Source: a virus
Lineage: Duplodnaviria; Caudoviricetes
IMG/VR virus record: IMGVR_UViG_3300005805_000416
Span: 1 to 26,058 of that record
Direction: 5' to 3' (one strand)
Length of the DNA stretch: 26,058 nucleotides
The stretch's first letter is position 1, and each line of letters starts with the position of its first letter. Positions 16,903-25,159 of this stretch are shown in pieces. The translations under genes were made by a program, and so were the position numbers. The notes beneath the pieces were generated by a model. That model was given only the letters and a program-made list of their open reading frames with translations. It did not search any database and was not told where the DNA came from.

Positions 16903-19900
16903 ATGTTTATTGATGATTTATTTAATGACAACAAAAAAGAATTAACCAACGAAAATCTTCGCAAATGGTTTAAAGAAAAATGGGTTCGTTTTGGACCAGA
17001 CGGTAAAATTCGTGGTGACTGTGCCCGAAGTGATGACAGCGAAGGCAAACCAAAATGCTTACCTCAAGCTAAAGCTCATGCACTAGGTAAAAAAGGTCGT
17101 AAGACAGCAGCCAGTCGTAAACGTCGTGAGGATCCAAATCCAGAACGTAGCGGACCAGCTATCAATGTTAAAACTAAAGAATCATTAGCTGTGATAGAAG
17201 GTACAGAGTCTCAATATATTGCCGCAAGATACATAGATGAGTTTGCCGATGGCGATCATTGGTATGTTAAAGGCACCCCCGATATTATTAAAAAGTTTGT
17301 GTTGTTAGCTAACAGTTTAGAAGATGAAGCAGTAAAGGGTTCAGAGTATGAACCCGATAAAGGTATGATGGCCAAGGTACATGCTCAGTTAGGCGATGAT
17401 AGTGGCCCGCAATGGACTGTTGTTAAGGCTCAAAATTTAGAACAACTAAAACCAATAGGAAATAGAGTTTTGCAACTTCTGATGAAACCAGATTTGTCCT
17501 ATGGGGCACAGGAATTTATGTCAGAATTTCTTTGGACATTAGAAGAAAAAGGATTAGCATTGGTTACAGGCGAACCACAGCAAGGTGTGGCGGAGAGCTT
17601 CACTGATGATTTAGATAACATCTATGCAATGCACCCTCAACCCGAAAAGAGTGAACAAGTAGTATTTCTAATCACTGGTATGACTGAAGATGAATTTTCT
17701 AATCGTTGGACAGACTTACCTGACCCATACCAACAAGAATTTGGCCATGATCTTCCCTTATGGGACTCAGATGATTTAAGTAGTTACCCAAATCTTGCTG
17801 TAAAAAGAATCACCTTTGACCAATATGTTCAACTTGTTGGCAACTATATAAAGAGCGAAGAACTAGCAGGTTCAACAATGAGCAGGATGAAGAAAGGCAT
17901 GGCGGAAGGCTTAACAAAACAAGCTCGGGCCAGAAAAGAAGCAGAATCGGTAAAAGCAGCAATTGAAAGATTAGAACAACAATTAAAAGATCCTAATCCT
18001 CATATAGATAAAGATAGCATACGCCGTAGATTAGAAACTGAAAAGCGTAGATTAGAACTATATCGCGATGTGTTGAATGAACAAGGTGTAGCGGAAGGTT
18101 CATTGAATGAAGGTCAATATGAAATGATGATGCGTAATGGACAGGTAAAAAAGTTCATTGCCAAAGATGATGCTGACGCAAAACGCATTGCCGCAGGTCA
18201 TGGTGCTAAAAGTGTTATCCGATTACGAGGTGGTGTTCCTGCTGGTAAAGTTGCAGAGCAAGGTGTGGCGGAAGGTTCGTTAAATGAATTTGTACCTGAT
18301 GATTCTGATGACCTGGAAGATCCATTTGATAATTATCCTTGTTATGATTGCGGTAGTACAATATTTTTACATCATACAAAATTGTGTGACTTAGCAGAAC
18401 CCAATGCTGTAAGAGATTTACCTGCTAAACCCGGATCACAACATTGGACAGGTGAAATACCTAAAGGACTACGTCCTATCCTGGGATTAGGTAAAGGTAT
18501 GTCTGAGGGCGAATTCGACAAGTGGGGCGGAGAAATTAAAACGCCATCTGCTAACTGGAAGAAAAACTTAAAGCAGCCGACAAGTCCAGCTAAACTTGCA
18601 AAACAACAGGCAGCAAATCGTCAAAGAAAACAGCAAAGTAAACTAAGCGATGAACTAAGACAACTGAAAAACCAAGGTGTAGCAGAAGATAAAAGAATAG
18701 CCAGAAAACCAGGACAGCCAGTTGGCAGTAAAAGCCATAGCGATTTATACACGGACGAAAATCCTAAGGGCACAATTCAGGGATTAAAATTCGCCACTGC
18801 AGCAGATGCTACTGCCAGCGTGAGCAAAATCAGAAATAGTGGCCGTAGTCATGCACATAAGATACAAGCCGCGGTAGCTATGGAACAACGTGCTAGAGCT
18901 GCTGGCAAAATAGAAGCAGCCGGTGTCTATCGCAAATTTATTAATTCAGAAAAACGTACTATCAATGAAGAAACTAAAAATAACAGAATTTCACCGACAG
19001 TCATTAAAAGAATTCAGCATTTACTAAACACAAAATTCGAGGCTAATCTGGATGTAGATGGAATATTAGGTCCATTAACTATTGCAACTATCAAAAAATT
19101 TATACCTAAAGTTAATAAACAGCTAGCTCCAGAACCTAACAAAACTACTGCTATACAAGGAAAACAAACAAAATCAGAAGACAACCTTACTGAATTAGCC
19201 GAAGCTTGTTGGAAAGGTTATCATAAAGAAGGTATGAAAACAATGTTTGGGAAACGTTATCCAAATTGTGTTAAAAATACCAATGAAGAACTTGTAGTTC
19301 AAGAAGATACCGATATACCTTTTAATATCTGCCCTGGGTGTGGTGGGGATATAGTACATGAGTCACTTTTACAAGAAAAGCAAGATGCTTGCTATCATAA
19401 AGTTAAGAGTAGATACAAGGTCTGGCCCAGTGCATATGCTTCGGGAGCACTAGTACAGTGTCGCAAACGCGGTGCCAAGAATTGGGGAACAAAATCAGAA
19501 AGTATTGAAGAAGCAGCTATTTCTACTGAAAGATATACTTTATATATTAATGGTAATCCAGCTGCATACTATACAGATGAAGTAGATGCAATGACTGCTC
19601 TTAAAGAACTAAAGACAGCGTATCCTAAAACCAAAATTCAAATCATGCGTCAAGAATGTAAAGATGAACCCTGGTCTAAAATTATGGAATCTGCGCAAGT
19701 AGAAGCATGGGGACTAAGGTATAATCCAAAAACAGAAAGAAAAGAATATTGGAAAAAAGTTTTTGATAATCAGCAGTTAGCCAGAGCCTTTGTAGATAAA
19801 TTTAATTTTGAACTGTTAGGATTGATACCAGTTCAGGACAAGACTACAAATTCAAATTATATTAAAGAAAATAATAATCGTTTTTACTTTGATGTGGGTA

Positions 19901-20037
19901 AATCTACATCGGCAACTGACTTAAGAAATAAATTTCATCTTAGACATGATTCCAATGGTTGGTATCTTAGAGAAGGACAAGAAAATTTTAAACAGTATCT
20001 AAGAAATGCAATGAAAACCTTTGCTGTAATTAAGTAA
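16903..20037 (+). CDS. large modular polyprotein, putative capsid-internal protein
   Basis: 1044 aa; more than a dozen small modules bounded by GVAE-type repeats or [LIVM]-x-E motifs, including Cys-rich modules and a peptidoglycan-binding-like motif. The function is inferred. Confidence 0.7.
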   Translation: MFIDDLFNDNKKELTNENLRKWFKEKWVRFGPDGKIRGDCARSDDSEGKPKCLPQAKAHALGKKGRKTAASRKRREDPNPERSGPAINVKTKESLAVIEGTESQYIAARYIDEFADGDHWYVKGTPDIIKKFVLLANSLEDEAVKGSEYEPDKGMMAKVHAQLGDDSGPQWTVVKAQNLEQLKPIGNRVLQLLMKPDLSYGAQEFMSEFLWTLEEKGLALVTGEPQQGVAESFTDDLDNIYAMHPQPEKSEQVVFLITGMTEDEFSNRWTDLPDPYQQEFGHDLPLWDSDDLSSYPNLAVKRITFDQYVQLVGNYIKSEELAGSTMSRMKKGMAEGLTKQARARKEAESVKAAIERLEQQLKDPNPHIDKDSIRRRLETEKRRLELYRDVLNEQGVAEGSLNEGQYEMMMRNGQVKKFIAKDDADAKRIAAGHGAKSVIRLRGGVPAGKVAEQGVAEGSLNEFVPDDSDDLEDPFDNYPCYDCGSTIFLHHTKLCDLAEPNAVRDLPAKPGSQHWTGEIPKGLRPILGLGKGMSEGEFDKWGGEIKTPSANWKKNLKQPTSPAKLAKQQAANRQRKQQSKLSDELRQLKNQGVAEDKRIARKPGQPVGSKSHSDLYTDENPKGTIQGLKFATAADATASVSKIRNSGRSHAHKIQAAVAMEQRARAAGKIEAAGVYRKFINSEKRTINEETKNNRISPTVIKRIQHLLNTKFEANLDVDGILGPLTIATIKKFIPKVNKQLAPEPNKTTAIQGKQTKSEDNLTELAEACWKGYHKEGMKTMFGKRYPNCVKNTNEELVVQEDTDIPFNICPGCGGDIVHESLLQEKQDACYHKVKSRYKVWPSAYASGALVQCRKRGAKNWGTKSESIEEAAISTERYTLYINGNPAAYYTDEVDAMTALKELKTAYPKTKIQIMRQECKDEPWSKIMESAQVEAWGLRYNPKTERKEYWKKVFDNQQLARAFVDKFNFELLGLIPVQDKTTNSNYIKENNNRFYFDVGKSTSATDLRNKFHLRHDSNGWYLREGQENFKQYLRNAMKTFAVIK
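17581..18690 (+). repeat. array of six in-frame 18 nt direct repeats of the same family
   Basis: Copies at 17581-17598 (QGVAES), 17893-17910 (KGMAEG), 18082-18099 (QGVAEG), 18259-18276 (QGVAEG), 18493-18510 (KGMSEG) and 18673-18690 (QGVAED). Spacing 312, 189, 177, 234, 180 nt. Confidence 0.92.
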
Positions 20038-20043
20038 CATATT

Positions 20044-20739
20044 ATGAAAACTAAGGAAATAACTAAAGGTCGTAGTCTTACTATATTTGATATAGATGAT
20101 ACCTTATTTCATACAACCGCAAAAATAAAAGTCATAAAAGATGGAAAAGTTATTAGAGAGTTGACTAATCAAGAATTTAATAACTATCAACTGTTGCCCG
20201 GTGAACAATTTGATTTTGGAGAATTTAGAAATGCAGAAAAATTTAATAGGGAAAGTGTACCTATTAGGCCAATGATAGCTAAACTAAAATCTTTATTAAA
20301 GAACACTAGCGGTAAAATAATTATGTTAACAGCAAGAGCAGATTTTGACGATAAACAAACCTTTTTATCAACCTTTGCTAGATATGGTATAGATATGAGT
20401 AGGATACATGTTCATAGAGCCGGTAACTTAAACCTACCTGCAAGCCCTGCTGATAAAAAAGCAGTATTTGTAAGAAAATATTTAGATTCAGGTCTTTATG
20501 ATAGAGTCAGACTCTATGATGACAGTATCAAAAATTTAACAGTTTTTAAAGATTTAAAGTCAGAATATCCTACTGTAGATTTCAAAGCCTTCTACGTAGG
20601 ACCAATGGGAAATACTAGCACAGTGGAATCACAAAAAGAAGGATTTGATCTTAGTCTGGGTAATGGTAGTGCGGCTGTACAGGGAGATCAATATCCCTTT
20701 AGTCCGATTGCAAGCATAGCAAAAGTACAACGCAAATAA
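20044..20739 (+). CDS. HAD-superfamily phosphatase
   Basis: IFDIDDTLF (motif I), MLTAR (II), a conserved K (III) and LYDDS (IV). Confidence 0.85.
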   Translation: MKTKEITKGRSLTIFDIDDTLFHTTAKIKVIKDGKVIRELTNQEFNNYQLLPGEQFDFGEFRNAEKFNRESVPIRPMIAKLKSLLKNTSGKIIMLTARADFDDKQTFLSTFARYGIDMSRIHVHRAGNLNLPASPADKKAVFVRKYLDSGLYDRVRLYDDSIKNLTVFKDLKSEYPTVDFKAFYVGPMGNTSTVESQKEGFDLSLGNGSAAVQGDQYPFSPIASIAKVQRK

Positions 20740-20743
20740 ATAT

Positions 20744-21181
20744 ATGACTATGCTAAAAACTTACATCAGTATAATAGAGGCCATTGAAAAAGGCTGTCCC
20801 AGAGCTACCCACGATATAGATTTAAATCTGGCCAATAGACAAAAAGCTATTGAAAACTATTATTATGGTCCTGCCAATCCCAATAATGCAGGAGATTATT
20901 GGAAACAGGCAGCTAAAAGATTTAAGGTAAGTGAGTCACAGGCAAAAACAATGCAATGTTCTAATTGTGCAGCTTTTGATGTCAGTGACAGTATGAGAGA
21001 TTGTATAGCACAGGGTATCAAGGGAGAGGAAAAAAACATTGATGCAAATGCTTCTATAAATCTTTCAGACTTGGGCTACTGTAATTTTTTACATTTTAAA
21101 TGTGCAGGTGCTAGAAGTTGCACCGCTTGGGTCACAGGCGGTCCAATAACAGAAAAAGATAAGGGAAAAAAGGCAGATTAA
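20744..21181 (+). CDS. Cys-rich protein, possible metal/Fe-S binding
   Basis: CSNCAAF...GYCNFLHFKC....CTAW. Confidence 0.7.
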   Translation: MTMLKTYISIIEAIEKGCPRATHDIDLNLANRQKAIENYYYGPANPNNAGDYWKQAAKRFKVSESQAKTMQCSNCAAFDVSDSMRDCIAQGIKGEEKNIDANASINLSDLGYCNFLHFKCAGARSCTAWVTGGPITEKDKGKKAD

Positions 21182-21182
21182 C

Positions 21183-21617
21183 ATGGATGAACTAATCAAA
21201 GCAATGAAGATTGCATTCGCATCAGAATTCAGTTTTTATTTAAAAGCACATTTCTATCATTGGAATGTAGAAGGTCCAAATTTTAAACAGTATCATGATT
21301 TATTTGGAGCAATCTACGAAGAAGTTTATTCATCTATAGATGACTTCGCAGAAAATATTCGTAAACTAGGCAGTTATACTCCAGGCAGTTATACACGATT
21401 AAGTATGTTGACACAGATTAACGATGAAATGCAGATCCAACCAGCAGATCAAATGATCGCTGAATTATTATCTGACAGTGATAAAATTGTTAAAGTTTTT
21501 AAAATGGTATTCGATATGAGCGAAACTATGGGAGAACATGGTTTAAGTGATTTCATCGCAGGTAGAATGGATGCGCATCGTAAACATAGTTGGATGTTAA
21601 AAGCAACACTAAAATGA
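21183..21617 (+). CDS. dps: Dps family ferritin-like protein
   Basis: AHFYHWNVEGPNFKQYHDLF..IYEE....DDFAENIRKLG and HRKHSWML ferroxidase-centre pattern. Confidence 0.92.
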   Translation: MDELIKAMKIAFASEFSFYLKAHFYHWNVEGPNFKQYHDLFGAIYEEVYSSIDDFAENIRKLGSYTPGSYTRLSMLTQINDEMQIQPADQMIAELLSDSDKIVKVFKMVFDMSETMGEHGLSDFIAGRMDAHRKHSWMLKATLK

Positions 21618-22195
21618 AAATTTCAGATTTAACTGAAAGTAGCCCGGAAAATTTAGTTGGTAGTTTTAGTGATGATCTTGTTCATAGTAAAGCATGGCTG
21701 TGTAATAAACTAAAACAAATTCAAAATAAATTTAATTCGCCTTTTAGTACTATTACTGTGTTAGGTAGTTGGTATGGCAATATTGGTTTATTTTTAGATA
21801 AAGAAAATATCGAATTTGATAACTTAATATTGTTAGATATAGACGAAAATGCATTAAAAATAGGTGCTAACGTACTAGGGAATTTAGATAGATATAAAAT
21901 TCTACCATTGGTAAGAGATGCTAATCAACATCATTATCAAGATTTACCCGATCAATGTGTGATTAATACCAGTACAAATGATATGCCCAATAATGGTTGG
22001 TATGACAAAATTCCTGGTGGAACGATGGTTGCTCTGCAGGCACGAAATAAGTTACAATCAGTACCTGTAGTAACTGAAACACTAGAAGATTTCGATATGT
22101 TATTTCCCATGCAAAAAGTTTTTATACGAGATAAACATTATCTCAGTGATCCAACTATCGACTATTTTCGTTTCATGAAAATTGGTATTAAATAA
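21614..22195 (+). CDS. SAM-dependent methyltransferase-like protein
   Basis: TVLGSWYG (motif I-like), LLDID, RDAN and VINTS; ATG at 21614 overlaps the dps stop (ATGA). Confidence 0.65.
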   Translation: MKISDLTESSPENLVGSFSDDLVHSKAWLCNKLKQIQNKFNSPFSTITVLGSWYGNIGLFLDKENIEFDNLILLDIDENALKIGANVLGNLDRYKILPLVRDANQHHYQDLPDQCVINTSTNDMPNNGWYDKIPGGTMVALQARNKLQSVPVVTETLEDFDMLFPMQKVFIRDKHYLSDPTIDYFRFMKIGIK

Positions 22196-22216
22196 TTTCT
22201 ATTATAGGAGAACTCA

Positions 22217-22474
22217 ATGAGTAGAATGTTCAGCGGTGAACAAAAAGCCAAACTTACTCAACTGGTCAATGAGGGGGTAAGTGTTTTGCAGGAAATCGAA
22301 GATCTAAATGCAGGTCTCAGTGATACAATCAAAGCTATAGCAGAAGAACTTGAAATTAAACCCAGTGTTCTTAAAAAAGCAGTAAAAATTGCTATGAAAA
22401 GCAAATTAAACGAAACCAACAAAGAAAACGAAGAACTAAACGAGATTTTAGCTACTGTTGGCCGCACTCTTTAA
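22217..22474 (+). CDS. small helical DNA-binding protein (T4 DsbA / GapR-like)
   Basis: 85 aa all-helical pattern (L..LVNE....LQEIEDL...L.DTIKAIAEELEIKP.VLKKAVKI) recalling DsbA/GapR; AGGAG SD. Confidence 0.55.
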   Translation: MSRMFSGEQKAKLTQLVNEGVSVLQEIEDLNAGLSDTIKAIAEELEIKPSVLKKAVKIAMKSKLNETNKENEELNEILATVGRTL

Positions 22475-22489
22475 TAAAAGGTAATTTTA

Positions 22490-25156
22490 GTGTCCTATAT
22501 TGATGCTTTGTTTGATAGGCAGCGTGATCGTATTCATGTAGTAGAAAGAATCAAAGGTCAACGAGTTTATCAAGAATTTCCTGTAAACTATACATTTTAT
22601 TATGATGACCCTAAGGGAAAATATACTACAATTTATGGCAACCGTGTTACCAAATACAGTACTAAAAGTGGAAAAGATTTTCACAAAGAACTGAAAATTC
22701 ATAGTAGTAAACGTATTTGGGAAAGCGATATCAAACCAGTATTTAGATGTTTAGCTGATAATTATCTAGGACAAGATCCTCCTAAACTACATACAGCGTT
22801 TTTTGATATCGAAGTAGATTTCGATCCCCAGCGTGGATTTAGTAAACCATCGGATCCCTTCAATGCGGTCACAGCAATTAGTCTGTACTTAGACTGGTTG
22901 GATAAACTAGTAACCTTAGTTATTCCGCCAAAAAGTCTAAGTCTAGATACAGCAGAAGAAATTGCTGCGAAGCATAGTGACTGTTATGTATTCACAAACG
23001 AATCGGACTTAATTGATACCTTTCTAAATCTTATTGATGATGCAGATATACTCAGTGGTTGGAACAGCGAAGGCTTTGATATCCCCTATCTAGTTATGCG
23101 CATTAAGCGTATAATGAGTAAAGACGATACTCGTCGATTTTGTCTATGGGGACAATATCCAATAGAACGTACTTTCGAACGCTATGGCGCAGAACAACTC
23201 ACATTTGATTTGACAGGTAGAGTGCATATGGATTATATGCAACTTTATAGAAAGTATACCTATGAAGAAAGACATAGTTATAGTTTAGATGCCATTGGCG
23301 AATACGAACTCAATGAAAGGAAAACAGATTATGAAGGAACTTTAGATCAATTATACAATAAAGACTTTGATACTTTTATAGAATATAATCGTCAAGACAC
23401 AAGACTACTAGCAAAACTGGATAAGAAATTAAAATTTATTGATCTTGCTAATACAATCGCGCATGACAATACTGTACTATTGCCGACAACAATGGGCGCA
23501 GTAGCTACTACAGAACAGGCAATTATAAATGAAGCACACAGTCAAGGATTGGTCGTTCCTAATAGGAAATCAAGGGAGGAAGATAACGCAGACACGCAGG
23601 CGGCAGGTGCCTATGTTGCTACTCCCAAAAAAGGAATACATGAATGGATCGGAGCCATCGACATCAACAGTCTATACCCCTCCGCTATCCGAGCTCTTAA
23701 CATGGGACCCGAAACAATTGTAGGTCAATTACGTCCTGTAATGACAGAACGATATATACAGGAAAAAATTGCTAACGGGTCTAGTTTTGCTGAAGCGTGG
23801 GAGGGTCTGTTTGGCAGTTTAGAGTATACCGCTGTTATGAACGGAGAACCAGGTACTGAAATTACTATAGACTGGGAAGTCGACGGCACCAGTGATGTAC
23901 TAAGTGCAGCAGATGTTTGGCGATTAGTATTTGCCAGTGATAAACCATGGGTACTAAGTGCTAATGGCACTATATTTACAGTAGAAAGAAAGGGGGTAGT
24001 TCCAGGGCTGCTAGAACGGTGGTATGCAGAGCGTAAACAAATGCAGGCAAAACTTAAGGAAGCAACAACCACTGAAGATCAAGAATACTGGGACAAACGA
24101 CAACTAGTTAAAAAAATTAATCTTAACAGTTTGTATGGTGCTGTACTTAATCCAGGCTGCAGATTCTTTGACCAACGTATCGGACAAAGTACTACTTTAA
24201 CTGGCAGAGTTATCGCCAAACATATGGATGCATTTGTTAACGAATGTATATTCAGCAAATATGATCATGTAGGCGATGCAATCATTTATGGAGATACAGA
24301 TTCGGTCTATTTCAGTGCTTGGCCCGCAGTCCGTGCTGATGTCGAAGCTGGTCGTATGGAATGGAACAAAGAACTCTGTGTACAACTCTATGACAATATC
24401 GGAGAGCAGGTAAATCACAGCTTTCCTGCTTTTATGGAACGTGCATTTCATTGTCCACGTGAAAACGGTAGTATTATACGAGGAGGTCGAGAACTAGTAG
24501 CCAGTAAGGGTCTATTCATTAAAAAGAAACGCTATGCTGTTCTTATATATGATAAAGAAGGTAAACGAAAAGATAATAACGATAAGCCTGGCGATGTAAA
24601 AGCCATGGGATTAGATTTAAAACGCAGTGATACTCCTAAGGTAGTTCAGGATTTCTTAAGTGAAGTGTTGTTAGATGTATTAACTGGAGTAGATAAAACG
24701 GTAATTTTCGAAAAGATTAAAGACTTTAAATACAAATTTAAAGAACGCCCAGCTTGGGAAAAAGGCACACCTAAACGTGTAAATAATTTAACCAAATATA
24801 CCGACGACGAACGCCGTCTAGGTAAAGCTAATATGCCCGGGCATGTACGTGCAGCAATGAATTGGAATACACTTAAAAGAATGAATAGTGATAATTATAG
24901 TATGAATATAGTAGATGGTATGAAAATCATTGTATGTAAACTGCGACAAAATCCATTGGGGTATACCAGTGTTGCTTATCCCATTGATCAGATTCATATC
25001 CCCGCATGGTTTAAAGATTTGCCCTTTGATGATAGCGAAATGGAAGGTACCATTGTAGATCAGAAGGTCGAAAATCTTTTAGGAGTATTAGATTGGAATC
25101 TTGCCAATAATACAAATATTAGTTCCAATATTAATGATTTTTTTAGTTTTGAATAG
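22490..25156 (+). CDS. family B DNA polymerase (gp43-like)
   Basis: ExoI FFDIEVD, ExoII GWNSEGFDIPY, ExoIII YNRQD, motif A DINSLYPS, motif B KKINLNSLYG, motif C YGDTDS and KKRYA; no intein or intron. Confidence 0.96.
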   Translation: MSYIDALFDRQRDRIHVVERIKGQRVYQEFPVNYTFYYDDPKGKYTTIYGNRVTKYSTKSGKDFHKELKIHSSKRIWESDIKPVFRCLADNYLGQDPPKLHTAFFDIEVDFDPQRGFSKPSDPFNAVTAISLYLDWLDKLVTLVIPPKSLSLDTAEEIAAKHSDCYVFTNESDLIDTFLNLIDDADILSGWNSEGFDIPYLVMRIKRIMSKDDTRRFCLWGQYPIERTFERYGAEQLTFDLTGRVHMDYMQLYRKYTYEERHSYSLDAIGEYELNERKTDYEGTLDQLYNKDFDTFIEYNRQDTRLLAKLDKKLKFIDLANTIAHDNTVLLPTTMGAVATTEQAIINEAHSQGLVVPNRKSREEDNADTQAAGAYVATPKKGIHEWIGAIDINSLYPSAIRALNMGPETIVGQLRPVMTERYIQEKIANGSSFAEAWEGLFGSLEYTAVMNGEPGTEITIDWEVDGTSDVLSAADVWRLVFASDKPWVLSANGTIFTVERKGVVPGLLERWYAERKQMQAKLKEATTTEDQEYWDKRQLVKKINLNSLYGAVLNPGCRFFDQRIGQSTTLTGRVIAKHMDAFVNECIFSKYDHVGDAIIYGDTDSVYFSAWPAVRADVEAGRMEWNKELCVQLYDNIGEQVNHSFPAFMERAFHCPRENGSIIRGGRELVASKGLFIKKKRYAVLIYDKEGKRKDNNDKPGDVKAMGLDLKRSDTPKVVQDFLSEVLLDVLTGVDKTVIFEKIKDFKYKFKERPAWEKGTPKRVNNLTKYTDDERRLGKANMPGHVRAAMNWNTLKRMNSDNYSMNIVDGMKIIVCKLRQNPLGYTSVAYPIDQIHIPAWFKDLPFDDSEMEGTIVDQKVENLLGVLDWNLANNTNISSNINDFFSFE

Positions 25157-25159
25157 TAT

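Noticed and set aside
16892-16905. Read-through joining the two polyprotein genes
   Set aside because: The 8 nt gap puts the second ORF out of frame, and it has its own AGGT SD-like sequence and ATG.
15734-18690. CRISPR array interpretation of the repeats
   Set aside because: The repeats are only 16-18 nt, non-palindromic and in frame within long ORFs; the intervening segments are 135-294 nt and protein-coding; no cas genes are in the window.
9060-22194. Additional TAAATA late promoters at 9060-9067, 20735-20742 and 22187-22194
   Set aside because: Each overlaps a TAA stop codon in AT-rich DNA, so chance occurrence cannot be excluded.
4302-24451. Tracked antisense and nested ORFs (e.g. 4302-4748, 5914-6189, 9498-9713, 10659-11075, 15652-15966, 23529-23723, 23725-24072)
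   Set aside because: They lie within well-supported + strand genes, lack recognisable motifs and look like shadow frames.
445-25156. Stop-codon reassignment as seen in some large phages
   Set aside because: TAG and TGA end genes at sensible boundaries (447, 4965, 5632, 16894, 21617, 25156), and conserved proteins are full length in code 11.
22490-25156. Intein or intron in the DNA polymerase
   Set aside because: All motifs are contiguous and the length is normal for a family B enzyme.
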